From Escherichia coli (GTDB taxonomy: Bacteria; Pseudomonadota; Gammaproteobacteria; Enterobacterales; Enterobacteriaceae): a stretch of DNA of 64,000 nt. The DNA lies in assembly GCF_044647545.1 (NCBI RefSeq), contig NZ_CP172818.1. The stretch is one strand, 5' to 3'. This document shows positions 41,188 through 51,789 of the stretch, in pieces. How positions within the stretch are numbered: the first letter of the stretch is position 1; each line of letters opens with the position of its first letter. The notes below the pieces were generated by a model, which saw only the letters and a list, made by a program, of their open reading frames with translations, did not search any database and had not been told where the DNA came from. The position numbers were made by a program, and so were the translations under genes.

Positions 41188-42195
41188 ATGAAGATAATCT
41201 GCAGATTATTATTGGCGATGGCATGTTTGTGGTTAACAAACATATCCTGGGCTACTGTTTGTGCAAATAGTACTGGCGTAGCAGAAGATGAACACTATGA
41301 TCTCTCAAATGTCTTTAATAGCACCAATAACCAGCCAGGGCAGATTGTTGTTTTACCGGAAAAATCCGGCTGGGTAGGTGTATCAGCAATTTGTCCACCC
41401 GGCACGCTGGTGAATTATACATACCGTAGTTATGTCACCAACTTTATTGTTCAGGAAACTATCGATAATTATAAATATATGCAATTAAATGATTATCTAT
41501 TAGGTGCGATGAGTCTGGTTGATAGCGTGATGGATATTCAATTCCCTCCGCAAAATTATATTCGTATGGGAACAGATCCTAACGTTTCGCAAAACCTTCC
41601 GTTCGGGGTGATGGATTCTCGTTTGATATTTCGTTTAAAGGTTATTCGTCCCTTTATTAACATGGTGGAGATCCCCAGACAGGTGATGTTTACCGTGTAT
41701 GTGACATCAACGCCTAACGATCCGTTGGTTACACCTGTTTATACCATTAGTTTTGGTGGCCGGGTTGAAGTACCGCAAAACTGCGAATTAAATGCCGGGC
41801 AAATTGTTGAATTTGATTTTGGTGATATCGGCGCATCGTTATTTAGTGCGGCAGGGCCGGGGAATCGACCAGCTGGTGTCATGCCGCAAACCAAGAGCAT
41901 TGCGATCAAATGTACGAATGTTGCTGCGCAGGCTTATTTAACAATGCGTCTGGAAGCCAGTGCCGTTTCTGGTCAGGCGATGGTGTCGGACAATCAGGAT
42001 TTAGGTTTTATTGTGGCCGATCAGAACGATACGCCGATCACGCCTAACGATCTCAATAGCGTTATTCCTTTCCGTCTGGATGCAGCTGCGGCAGCCAATG
42101 TCACACTTCGCGCCTGGCCTATCAGTATTACCGGTCAAAAACCGACCGAAGGGCCGTTTAGCGCGCTGGGGTATTTACGCGTCGATTATCAATGA
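41188..42195 (+). CDS. sfmH: Fimbrial adhesin-like subunit
   Basis: 335 aa signal-peptide ORF after usher. Confidence 0.8.
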   Translation: MKIICRLLLAMACLWLTNISWATVCANSTGVAEDEHYDLSNVFNSTNNQPGQIVVLPEKSGWVGVSAICPPGTLVNYTYRSYVTNFIVQETIDNYKYMQLNDYLLGAMSLVDSVMDIQFPPQNYIRMGTDPNVSQNLPFGVMDSRLIFRLKVIRPFINMVEIPRQVMFTVYVTSTPNDPLVTPVYTISFGGRVEVPQNCELNAGQIVEFDFGDIGASLFSAAGPGNRPAGVMPQTKSIAIKCTNVAAQAYLTMRLEASAVSGQAMVSDNQDLGFIVADQNDTPITPNDLNSVIPFRLDAAAAANVTLRAWPISITGQKPTEGPFSALGYLRVDYQ

Positions 42196-42205
42196 GGTAC
42201 GGAGA

Positions 42206-42721
42206 ATGAGAAGAGTACTCTTTAGCTGTTTCTGCGGGCTACTGTGGAGTTCCAGTGGATGGGCAGTTGACCCTTTAGGAACGATTAATATCAATTTGCA
42301 CGGTAACGTTGTTGATTTCTCCTGTACCGTAAACACAGCGGATAAGGATAAGACGGTAGATTTAGGCAGATGGCCTACGACACAATTACTGAGCGCTGGC
42401 GATACCACGGCACTCGTCCCTTTTAGCCTGCGGCTGGAGGGATGTCCTCCGGGTTCAGTTGCGATTTTATTTACGGGAACGCCGGCATCTGATGCCAACC
42501 TGCTGGCTCTGGATGATCCCGCAATGGCACAAACCGTCGCCATCGAATTACGTAATAGCGATCGCTCCCGGCTCGCACTGGGGGAGGCGAGCTCGACTGA
42601 GGAAGTTGATGCAAATGGCAATGTCACACTAAACTTTTTTGCCAATTATCGAGCGTTAGCCAGCGGTGTTCAGCCTGGTGTGGCGAAAGCGGATGCGATA
42701 TTTATGATCAATTATAATTAA
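42206..42721 (+). CDS. sfmF: Fimbrial minor subunit
   Basis: Start chosen at MRRVLFSCF; fimbrial subunit fold. Confidence 0.8.
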   Translation: MRRVLFSCFCGLLWSSSGWAVDPLGTININLHGNVVDFSCTVNTADKDKTVDLGRWPTTQLLSAGDTTALVPFSLRLEGCPPGSVAILFTGTPASDANLLALDDPAMAQTVAIELRNSDRSRLALGEASSTEEVDANGNVTLNFFANYRALASGVQPGVAKADAIFMINYN

Positions 42722-42723
42722 TA

Positions 42724-43356
42724 TTATATTAATTCATATAATTTGGCGTAGTCGATAAGCTCTACAATTGAATGCAAACCTAGCTTGCCATAAATATTAG
42801 ATTTATGTGCACTAACTGTTTTATTGCTAAGTAATAACTTATCGGCAATTTCTTTATTAGATAATCCGCTAACCAGATAACGTAATATGGTTACTTCACG
42901 ATTAGATAGCACAGTGACCGTTGAACTATTCGTACTACATTTATTGCTTTTTATATAGTTGAGCGTTTCGCTGGGAAAAAAAGTGTATCCGGAGAGAATC
43001 ATCTGAACGGCATGAAAAATATCATTCTGATCATTGCATTTACTGACAAAACCGTTAGCACCAGCTTGTATCGCTCTGCCAGCATAAAAGCATTCTGATT
43101 TCGATGATAAAAATAATACTTTCACTGTACTCTGAATTTGTTTGATCCTTTTTAGGAAGGTAAAACCGTCTGTACCGGGCAAGTCTATATCCATAATGAT
43201 TAAATCAACAGGACGGGTTCGGAGATAATCGATGGTTATGCGGTAATCATCCGTTTTCAGGACAATCTGCAATTCACTGTTTTTTTGCAACAGAACTTCA
43301 ATAGACATTCTGATGATAGGATGAGTATCCATAATGATCACCGACGTTGGTTTCAT
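42724..43356 (-). CDS. fimZ: LuxR-family response regulator of fimbrial expression
   Basis: REC domain plus C-terminal LuxR HTH; start chosen at MKPTSVIIMD. Confidence 0.85.
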   Translation of the reverse strand: MKPTSVIIMDTHPIIRMSIEVLLQKNSELQIVLKTDDYRITIDYLRTRPVDLIIMDIDLPGTDGFTFLKRIKQIQSTVKVLFLSSKSECFYAGRAIQAGANGFVSKCNDQNDIFHAVQMILSGYTFFPSETLNYIKSNKCSTNSSTVTVLSNREVTILRYLVSGLSNKEIADKLLLSNKTVSAHKSNIYGKLGLHSIVELIDYAKLYELI

Positions 43357-43538
43357 AGTTACCAGTCTCATTGGATCGGACAATTTTCCGTTAGGGCGGT
43401 AAATTGTACTTGATACATGAAAATACGGGTTTTCCTGATTCAGACGCGCAGCGGTGTGCGTTTGTTTGCCGCTATAACGAAATAAATCAGAAAATCAGAC
43501 GCGGTCGTTCACTTGTTCAGCAACCAGATCAAAAGCCA

Positions 43539-43566
43539 TTGACTCAGCAAGGGTTGACCGTATAAT
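43539..43566 (+). promoter_or_regulatory. Candidate sigma70 promoter for argU (-35 TTGACT, 16-bp spacer, -10 TATAAT)
   Basis: Consensus hexamers about 30 bp upstream of the tRNA 5-prime end. Confidence 0.45.
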
Positions 43567-43597
43567 TCACGCGATTACACCGCATTGCGGTATCAAC

Positions 43598-43674
43598 GCG
43601 CCCTTAGCTCAGTTGGATAGAGCAACGACCTTCTAAGTCGTGGGCCGCAGGTTCGAATCCTGCAGGGCGCGCCA
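43598..43674 (+). tRNA. argU: tRNA-Arg (anticodon UCU)
   Basis: Cloverleaf GCGCCCTTAGCTCAGTTGGATAGAGC...GGTTCGAATCC...GCGCCA; anticodon loop CTTCTAA. Confidence 0.9.
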
Positions 43675-43689
43675 TTACAATTCAATCAG

Positions 43690-44853
43690 TTACGCCTTCT
43701 TTATATCCTCCATAATTCCAGAGTGGGACATATTTGGGACATTATCACCAAAAATGTCGTCTATTTTCCTCGCATGCTCTGTCAAATGATTAGGCGCAAG
43801 GTGAGCATACCTACGAACCATTTCTATGGACTCCCATCCGCCCATTTCCTGAAGCACTGATAATGGGACGCCTGACTGAATCAGCCAGCTTGCCCAGGTG
43901 TGTCTGAGGTCATGGAAACGGAAATCTTCAATTCCTGCACGACGACAAGCTGATAGCCATGATGTCTTGCTGTCGATGCGCATCTTCCTGACCGCAGGCG
44001 TTGATGTTCCATCTGCTCGCTTAGCCGCCTTGGTATGTACAAACACCCATTTGTGATGCTTGCCTATTTGATCACGCAACACTTTACAGGCGGTATCGTT
44101 CAGCGCCACACCAATGGCGCGGTTTGATTTGCTCTCTTCTGGATTCACCCAGGCAACTCGTCGCTGCATGTCGATTTGTTGCCATTCCAGATTTATGATG
44201 TTCGACTTTCTCAGACCAGTTGCCAGCGCAAACTTGACGACAGATTTCAGTGGTTCGGGGCACTCATCAATAAGGCGTTTTGCTTCCTCCTTTTCCAGCC
44301 ATCTGACTCGCTTGTTTCTGACCGCTGGTATCTTGATGACAGGCGCTTTTTCCAGCCACTTCCAGTCGCGTTCTGCAGCACGGAGAATGGCCTTTATCAT
44401 GGCAAGATGCTTTGCCTTTGTCTGAGTTGATACTGGCTTTGGTTCATAAACAGGCAGTTCTTTACCTTTCCTGATGGCGGCCTGAACTTTCTGTTTCCAT
44501 ATTTCTTTCGTCTTTCTGTTATGCATTCTGCTTACAGCAGAGTAAATCTTTGCCTCCGAGATATCTTTAAGCCTTATACCCTCAAAATGTTCAAGCCAGA
44601 ACTCAATCCGGCTTTTATCTGAATCGAGAGATTTTTTATCAGCTTTTTCCTCAAGCCATCTTAGGCAGGCCTCTTCAAAAGTGACATCAGGTAAATCCCC
44701 TAGCTTTTCTACTCGCCAGAGTTCTGCTTTTCGCTTGTCGTGCAACTCCTGAGCTTGCCGCTTGTCCTTTGTGCCAAGAGATTCCTTAATTCGTTTCCCG
44801 CCCGGGAGCGAATACGAGGCATACCATATTTCATTTCTGCGGAAGAGTGACAT
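43690..44853 (-). CDS. intD: Prophage tyrosine integrase
   Basis: 387 aa ORF with C-terminal HxxR...Y catalytic region, adjacent to tRNA. Confidence 0.9.
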   Translation of the reverse strand: MSLFRRNEIWYASYSLPGGKRIKESLGTKDKRQAQELHDKRKAELWRVEKLGDLPDVTFEEACLRWLEEKADKKSLDSDKSRIEFWLEHFEGIRLKDISEAKIYSAVSRMHNRKTKEIWKQKVQAAIRKGKELPVYEPKPVSTQTKAKHLAMIKAILRAAERDWKWLEKAPVIKIPAVRNKRVRWLEKEEAKRLIDECPEPLKSVVKFALATGLRKSNIINLEWQQIDMQRRVAWVNPEESKSNRAIGVALNDTACKVLRDQIGKHHKWVFVHTKAAKRADGTSTPAVRKMRIDSKTSWLSACRRAGIEDFRFHDLRHTWASWLIQSGVPLSVLQEMGGWESIEMVRRYAHLAPNHLTEHARKIDDIFGDNVPNMSHSGIMEDIKKA

Positions 44854-44972
44854 TTTCTTTCCTCTGTTATGCCATCACCCGCGCTCACCTGGACAGTATG
44901 CAGCGGAGACTGAAGCGCCGCAATGCAGGCTTGCCGTGTTGTGAGGTACCCGGATATTATCGTGAGGATGCG

Positions 44973-45311
44973 TCATCGCCATTGCTCCCCAAATACAAAA
45001 CCAATTTCAGCCAGTGCCTCGTCCATTTTTTCGATGAACTCCGGCACCATCTCGTCAAAACTCGCCATGTACTTTTCATCCCGCTCAACCACGACATAAT
45101 GCAGTCCTTCACGCTTCATACGCGGGTCATAGTTGGCAAAGTACCAGGCATCTTTTCGTGTCACCCACATGCTGTACTGCACCTGGGCCATGTAAGCCGA
45201 CTTTATGGCCTCGAAACCACCGAGCCGGAACTTCATGAAATCCCGGGAGGTACGAGTATTGCCGGAAGCGCGGGCTGTATCCGGATGCAGAGTCTTATCC
45301 GTGGAAATCAA
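44973..45311 (-). pseudogene. exoD: Lambda exonuclease-like C-terminal fragment
   Basis: 112-codon ORF with exo-like C-terminus, no intact N-terminus. Confidence 0.55.
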
Positions 45312-45349
45312 ACGCGCACTACTGGCTGGTTACCAACCTGTATCAGAAC

Positions 45350-45562
45350 ATGCGGGCCAATGCGTTGACTGACGCGGAATTACGGCGCAAGGCTGCCGAT
45401 GAACTGTCCTGTATGACCGCACGAATTAACCGTGGTGAGGCTATACCTGAACCAGTAAAACAACTTCCTGTCATGGGCGGTAGACCTCTAAATCGTGCAC
45501 AGGCTCTGGCGAAGATCGCAGAAATCAAAGCTAAGTTTGGGCTGAAAGGAGCAAGGGTATGA
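45350..45562 (+). pseudogene. peaD: Replication protein P-like C-terminal fragment, stop overlapping ren start
   Basis: 70-codon ORF ending in ATGA overlap with ren, the lambda P-ren junction arrangement. Confidence 0.5.
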
Positions 45563-45707
45563 CGGGCAAAGAGGCAATTATTCATTACCTGGGGACTCAT
45601 AAGAAATTCTGTGCGCAGGACGTTGCCGCGGTAACAGGCGCAACGGTAATCTGATCTTACCCAGCAATAGTGGACACGCGGCTAAGTGAGTAAACTCTCA
45701 GTCAGAG

Positions 45708-46016
45708 GTGACTCACATGACAAAAACAGTATCAACCAGTAAAAAACCCCGTAAACAGCATTCGCCTGAATTTCGCAGTGAAGCCCTGAAGCTTGCTGAA
45801 CGCATCGGTGTTACTGCCGCAGCCCGTGAACTCAGCCTGTATGAATCACAACTCTACAACTGGCGCAGTAAACAGCAAAATCAGCAGACGTCTTCTGAAC
45901 GTGAACTGGAGATGTCTACCGAGATTGCACGTCTCAAACGCCAGCTGGCAGAACGGGATGAAGAGCTGGCTATCCTCCAAAAGGCCGCGACATACTTCGC
46001 GAAGCGCCTGAAATGA
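45708..46016 (+). CDS. insE: IS3 transposase OrfA
   Basis: 102 aa [35 protein letters not shown]. Confidence 0.9.
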
Positions 46017-46879
46017 AGTATGTCTTTATTGAAAAACATCAGGCTGAGTTCAGCATCAAAGCAATGTGCCGCGTGCTCCGGGTGGCCCGCAGCGGCTGGT
46101 ATACGTGGTGTCAGCGGCGGACAAGGATAAGCACGCGTCAGCAGTTCCGCCAACACTGCGACAGCGTTGTCCTCGCGGCTTTTACCCGGTCAAAACAGCG
46201 TTACGGTGCCCCACGCCTGACGGATGAACTGCGTGCTCAGGGTTACCCCTTTAACGTAAAAACCGTGGCGGCAAGCCTGCGCCGTCAGGGACTGAGGGCA
46301 AAGGCCTCCCGGAAGTTCAGCCCGGTCAGCTACCGCGCACACGGCCTGCCTGTGTCAGAAAATCTGTTGGAGCAGGATTTTTACGCCAGTGGCCCGAACC
46401 AGAAGTGGGCAGGAGACATCACGTACTTACGTACAGATGAAGGCTGGCTGTATCTGGCAGTGGTCATTGACCTGTGGTCACGTGCCGTTATTGGCTGGTC
46501 AATGTCGCCACGCATGACGGCGCAACTGGCCTGCGATGCCCTGCAGATGGCGCTGTGGCGGCGTAAGAGGCCCCGGAACGTTATCGTTCACACGGACCGT
46601 GGAGGCCAGTACTGTTCAGCAGATTATCAGGCGCAACTGAAGCGGCATAATCTGCGTGGAAGTATGAGCGCAAAAGGTTGCTGCTACGATAATGCCTGCG
46701 TGGAAAGCTTCTTTCATTCGCTGAAAGTGGAATGTATCCATGGAGAACACTTTATCAGCCGGGAAATAATGCGGGCAACGGTGTTTAATTATATCGAATG
46801 TGATTACAATCGGTGGCGGCGGCACAGTTGGTGTGGCGGCCTCAGTCCGGAACAATTTGAAAACAAGAACCTCGCTTAG
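46013..46879 (+). CDS. insF: IS3 transposase OrfB (DDE)
   Basis: 288 aa DDE integrase-core ORF in -1 frame relative to orfA. Confidence 0.9.
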
Positions 46880-47189
46880 GCCTGTGTCCATATTACGTGG
46901 GTAGGATCAACCAGCATAAATCAGGCTGCGGCTAAAATGGCACGGGCAGGTCTTCTGGCTATCGAAGGTAAGGTCTGGCGAACGGTGTATTACCGGTTTG
47001 CTACCAGAGAAGAACGGGAAGGAAAGGTGAGCACGAATCTGATTTTTAAGGAGTGTCGCCAGAGTGCCGCGATGAAACGGGTATTGAGGGTATATAAAAG
47101 AACATCAATGGGTACACAATGATGAAACAGGTGAGTTGAGTTCAAACTGTAGTACAATTCTCTCCAGTTTGAACAGGAAAGAATATTCT

Positions 47190-47522
47190 ATGAACCCTTA
47201 TATTTATCTTGGTGGTGCAATACTTGCAGAGGTCATTGGTACAACCTTAATGAAGTTTTCAGAAGGTTTTACACGGTTATGGCCATCTGTTGGTACAATT
47301 ATTTGTTATTGTGCATCATTCTGGTTATTAGCTCAGACGCTGGCTTATATTCCTACAGGGATTGCTTATGCTATCTGGTCAGGAGTCGGTATTGTCCTGA
47401 TTAGCTTACTGTCATGGGGACTTTTCGGCCAACGGCTGGACCTGCCAGCCATTATAGGCATGATGTTGATTTGTGCCGGTGTGTTGGTTATTAATTTATT
47501 GTCACGAAGCACACCACATTAA
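47190..47522 (+). CDS. emrE: Small multidrug resistance efflux protein EmrE
   Basis: 110 aa from MNPYIYLGGAILAEVIGTT with conserved membrane-embedded Glu14. Confidence 0.9.
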   Translation: MNPYIYLGGAILAEVIGTTLMKFSEGFTRLWPSVGTIICYCASFWLLAQTLAYIPTGIAYAIWSGVGIVLISLLSWGLFGQRLDLPAIIGMMLICAGVLVINLLSRSTPH

Positions 47523-47553
47523 AAATAATTTGTTTCTAAACGACTAAAATATG

Positions 47554-47587
47554 GAGGCTCTTATATTTATATGAGCCTCGTTTTATG
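47554..47587 (+). terminator. Rho-independent terminator after emrE
   Basis: GAGGCTC-12 nt loop-GAGCCTC followed by GTTTT. Confidence 0.5.
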
Positions 47588-47778
47588 CTTTTTGTTAATG
47601 TCTTTATTTTTTTATGTATTCTTTTGTGCTTTCAAGATTATGGCGTAAGAAAATTGCAATACGATTATTGTTGTATATTCAAGATAATGTGACCTTAATT
47701 GTCTTTTTAAATAAAAATTAAACAAAAATTATATCCCACCACTAAGGTTTATAAAAGCATACGTTAGCAGGTGTCACC

Positions 47779-49305
47779 ATGAAAAAAGCCATAGCATATA
47801 TGCGATTTTCATCACCAGGTCAGATGTCTGGCGACTCATTAAACCGACAGAGAAGACTTATTGCTGAATGGTTAAAGGTAAATAGTGATTATTATCTTGA
47901 TACCATAACATATGAAGATTTAGGATTAAGTGCATTCAAAGGAAAGCATGCACAATCAGGAGCTTTTTCGGAATTTTTAGATGCTATAGAGCATGGTTAT
48001 ATATTGCCAGGAACTACATTGTTAGTTGAAAGTCTGGACAGACTTTCAAGAGAAAAAGTCGGTGAAGCGATTGAACGTCTGAAATTGATTTTGAATCACG
48101 GTATTGATGTTATAACTCTTTGCGACAATACAGTCTATAATATTGACTCTTTGAATGAGCCATATTCATTAATAAAAGCCATACTTATAGCACAAAGGGC
48201 AAATGAAGAAAGCGAGATAAAGTCAAGTCGGGTTAAATTATCATGGAAGAAAAAACGGCAGGATGCACTGGAATCAGGTACGATTATGACGGCGTCTTGT
48301 CCGAGATGGCTCTCCTTAGATGACAAAAGAACGGCTTTTGTTCCAGACCCCGACAGGGTGAAAACTATTGAGCTAATTTTTAAACTCAGGATGGAAAGGC
48401 GCTCATTGAATGCAATAGCCAAGTATTTAAATGATCATGCTGTAAAGAATTTCTCAGGAAAAGAAAGTGCATGGGGACCTTCTGTAATTGAAAAATTATT
48501 AGCGAATAAAGCTCTGATAGGTATATGCGTACCTTCATATCGTGCAAGAGGTAAAGGAATAAGTGAAATCGCTGGCTATTATCCCAGAGTCATATCAGAT
48601 GATTTGTTTTACGCTGTACAGGAAATTCGGTTGGCACCTTTTGGTATTAGCAATAGTAGCAAAAATCCTATGTTGATAAATCTACTTCGAACAGTTATGA
48701 AGTGCGAGGCTTGTGGTAATACCATGATTGTTCATGCGGTATCTGGAAGTTTGCATGGCTATTATGTTTGTCCGATGAGAAGACTGCATCGATGTGACAG
48801 GCCATCAATAAAGAGAGATTTGGTTGATTATAATATCATTAATGAGTTGCTTTTTAATTGTAGTAAAATCCAACCAGTTGAAAACAAGAAAGATGCTAAT
48901 GAAACTTTAGAGTTGAAAATTATTGAGCTCCAGATGAAAATTAATAATTTAATTGCTGCATTATCTGTTGCGCCTGAAGTTACCGCTATAGCAGAAAAAA
49001 TCAGAGTATTAGATAAGGAATTACGAAGGGCTTCTGTATCATTAAAAACTTTGAAGAGTAAAGCGGTGAGTTCACTTGGTGATTTTCATGCTATTGACTT
49101 AACCAGTAAAAATGGGCGAGAGCTATGTCGTACACTTGCCTATAAAACATTCGAAAAAATCATAATCAATACAGATAATAAAACCTGTGATATCTATTTT
49201 ATGAATGGCATTGTTTTTAAACACTATCCTTTAATGAAAACAATATCCGCCCAGCAGGCGATAAGTACTCTCAAATATATGGTTGATGGTGAGGTTTATT
49301 TTTGA
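47779..49305 (+). CDS. ybcK: Large serine recombinase-like protein
   Basis: N-terminal resolvase catalytic domain (AYMRFSSPGQ), recombinase domain and Cys-rich zinc ribbon. Confidence 0.85.
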   Translation: MKKAIAYMRFSSPGQMSGDSLNRQRRLIAEWLKVNSDYYLDTITYEDLGLSAFKGKHAQSGAFSEFLDAIEHGYILPGTTLLVESLDRLSREKVGEAIERLKLILNHGIDVITLCDNTVYNIDSLNEPYSLIKAILIAQRANEESEIKSSRVKLSWKKKRQDALESGTIMTASCPRWLSLDDKRTAFVPDPDRVKTIELIFKLRMERRSLNAIAKYLNDHAVKNFSGKESAWGPSVIEKLLANKALIGICVPSYRARGKGISEIAGYYPRVISDDLFYAVQEIRLAPFGISNSSKNPMLINLLRTVMKCEACGNTMIVHAVSGSLHGYYVCPMRRLHRCDRPSIKRDLVDYNIINELLFNCSKIQPVENKKDANETLELKIIELQMKINNLIAALSVAPEVTAIAEKIRVLDKELRRASVSLKTLKSKAVSSLGDFHAIDLTSKNGRELCRTLAYKTFEKIIINTDNKTCDIYFMNGIVFKHYPLMKTISAQQAISTLKYMVDGEVYF

Positions 49306-49500
49306 GTAATAATCTTTTTTACGTCGTGCTATAGTAAGAAAGTGCAAGACAGAATTAATTATCTTTGACGAAACTTAATGGGTAATTACTTTGTTTGCTC
49401 CCACAAGCGAGTTTTGTACGGCTGTATTGGGGTAGTAAATGAGCTATACAATCTTAATCATTTGTTAGGTGAGAACTCTTGGTCGCAGATTCAAATACTG

Positions 49501-49550
49501 AAAATACGTGACAAATTATTATGAGCAAAATGGTGTATGTCACGTATTTT
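49501..49550. repeat. Perfect 13-bp inverted repeat (AAAATACGTGACA / TGTCACGTATTTT) with 24-bp spacer
   Basis: Read directly in ybcK-ybcL intergenic region. Confidence 0.6.
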
Positions 49551-49762
49551 GAATGGTAGGTTAAAAAATAACACCGACTTTCGTAGGTATTACTAATAAT
49601 AAAGCAGAGTTTTTAGATAGTATCAATGTGCTTTGTGTATATTGTGGCAAATAATTGGGTTGCTGAGGGGTAGAATGTGATTGCTTTTGCATGAACACTT
49701 TATGCATAATGAGATAAAGGAATATCAAATAAAGAACGATAGGTCATAACAAAGAGGTTTTT

Positions 49763-50312
49763 ATGAAAACACTTATCGTTTCAACTGTATTGGCATTCAT
49801 AACATTTTCTGCGCAGGCTGCAGCATTTCAGGTCACTAGTAATGAAATAAAAACAGGAGAGCAACTTACAACGTCTCATGTCTTTCTCGATTTGGGTGTG
49901 AAGGTGGTAATACATCGCCCTCATTAACCTGGTCTGGTGTTCCTGAAGGTACCAAAAGCTTTGCCGTAACTGTATATGATCCAGATGCACCTACAGGCAG
50001 TGGTTGGTGGCATTGGACTGTTGTTAATATTCCAGCAACAGTAACATATTTTCCGTTGATGCAGGGAGACGTGATGGAACAAAACTGCCGACTGGTGCTG
50101 TTCAAGGCCGAAATGATTTTGGCTATGCTGGGTTTGGTGGCGCATGTCCTCCTAAAGGAGATAAACCACATCATTACCAGTTTAAAGTATGGGCTCTAAA
50201 AACTGAAAAGATTCCTGTAGATTCTAACTCCAGCGGAGCGTTAGTTGGTTATATGCTTAATGCTAATAAAATCGCAACCGCTGAGATAACACCAGTTTAT
50301 GAGATAAAGTAG
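49763..50312 (+). pseudogene. ybcL: PEBP/RKIP-family periplasmic protein gene disrupted by two single-base frameshifts
   Basis: Signal peptide frame stops after 54 codons; [13 protein letters not shown] segment in -1 frame; [10 protein letters not shown] segment in a further -1 frame; total 550 bp. Confidence 0.75.
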
Positions 50313-50321
50313 GGTGAGAGT

Positions 50322-51119
50322 ATGCTGGCAAGAGGTAAGACTAACTTAAAGATCGAAGAAATACGGATGCATAAACATCATGAGATTCATAGGGTTAAGC
50401 CTCTTATGCCAGCTTTGTGTCGTATCCGTCAGGGAAAGAAAGTTATCAATTGGGAGACGCATACTTTAACTGTTGATAATAATCAAATAATATTATTTCC
50501 TTGTGGTTATGAATTTTATATTGAGAATTATCCTGAAGCAGGGCTTTATCTTGCAGAAATGCTTTACTTACCCATTGATTTAATTGAGAGTTTCCAAAAA
50601 CTTTATACGGTAACTGATCAAATACGTAACAAAACAAGTTTCTTTTTACCTCAGAATCCTGAGTTAATATATTGTTGGGAGCAACTAAAAACATCTGTTT
50701 CCCGAGGCTTCTCAACTAAAATTCAGGAGCACTTAGCAATGGGCGTTCTACTTTCGTTAGGAGTGAATCATGTTAATCATTTACTTTTATCATATAGTAA
50801 ACAATCATTGATAAGTCGTTGTTATAACCTGCTGCTATCCGAACCCGGCACAAAATGGACAGCAAACAAGGTTGCTCGATATCTCTACATTTCTGTTTCT
50901 ACATTACATCGCCGTCTAGCAAGCGAGGGGGTAAGTTTCCAAAGTATACTGGACGATGTGAGGTTAAATAATGCGTTGTCTGCTATACAAACGACGGTAA
51001 AACCTATAAGCGAGATTGCCAGAGAAAATGGTTATAAGTGTCCTTCTCGTTTTACTGAAAGATTTCATAATCGTTTTAATATAACACCAAGAGAGATAAG
51101 AAAAGCTTCCAGAGAGTAA
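50322..51119 (+). CDS. ybcM: AraC-family transcriptional regulator
   Basis: C-terminal AraC HTH ([26 protein letters not shown]). Confidence 0.8.
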
Positions 51120-51333
51120 AAGTGTTTTAAGAAGGAGCAATTCTATCGATTTTGATTTGCGATAATCAACTCGCCATAATCATGTCATCGGAGCCTGAAC
51201 AACTCCGGTGACTTCTGCGCTAAACGGGGACGTTTATGCGCACACACAATCCAAACTCTCTTCTCCCTCCACAGATGCAGAAATGCACCTGCGATATATT
51301 GTATCCAGCGTTTGACCTCTGCGGAGGTGAAGC

Positions 51334-51789
51334 GTGAATCTCCCACAAGATGGCATCAAATTACATCGCGGTAACTTCACCGCTATCGGTCGGCAGATCC
51401 AGCCTTATCTGGAGGAGGGCAAATGCTTTCGCATGGTGCTTAAACCGTGGCGTGAGAAACGCAGTCTTTCCCAGAATGCACTCAGCCACATGTGGTACAG
51501 CGAAATCAGTGAATACCTCATCAGCAGGGGTAAAACGTTCGCTACTCCAGCTTGGGTAAAAGATGCTCTCAAACACACATATCTCGGTTATGAAACCAAA
51601 GACCTGGTTGATGTCGTAACCGGTGATATCACCACTATCCAGTCGTTACGCCATACCTCCGATCTTGATACCGGAGAGATGTATGTCTTCCTGTGTAAGG
51701 TTGAAGCCTGGGCGGTGAATATTGGCTGCCACCTGACTATTCCGCAGAGCTGCGAGTTCCAGCTGCTCCGCGACAAGCAGGAGGCGTAA
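51334..51789 (+). CDS. ybcN: Prophage protein YbcN
   Basis: 151 aa ORF at head of nin-like gene block. Confidence 0.75.
   Translation: MNLPQDGIKLHRGNFTAIGRQIQPYLEEGKCFRMVLKPWREKRSLSQNALSHMWYSEISEYLISRGKTFATPAWVKDALKHTYLGYETKDLVDVVTGDITTIQSLRHTSDLDTGEMYVFLCKVEAWAVNIGCHLTIPQSCEFQLLRDKQEA

Larger units (their letters stand above)
45652..46909 (+). mobile_element. IS3 insertion sequence (1258 bp)
   Basis: Terminal inverted repeats TGATCTTACCCAGC... and ...GTGGGTAGGATCA; orfA/orfB with frameshift overlap. Confidence 0.9.
45559..47122 (+). pseudogene. renD: ren homolog interrupted by IS3
   Basis: N-terminal MTGKEAIIHYLGTH...GATV then IS3, then in-frame continuation TSINQAAAKMARAGLL... Confidence 0.7.

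Noticed and set aside
44860-44975. Possible xis-like remnant between intD and the exoD fragment
   Set aside because: Only a short, heavily diverged frame with weak resemblance to lambda Xis; too degraded to call without alignment.
44847-45368. 173-codon plus-strand ORF spanning the intD-exoD junction
   Set aside because: Overlaps the integrase start and exoD fragment in antisense; no recognizable domain.
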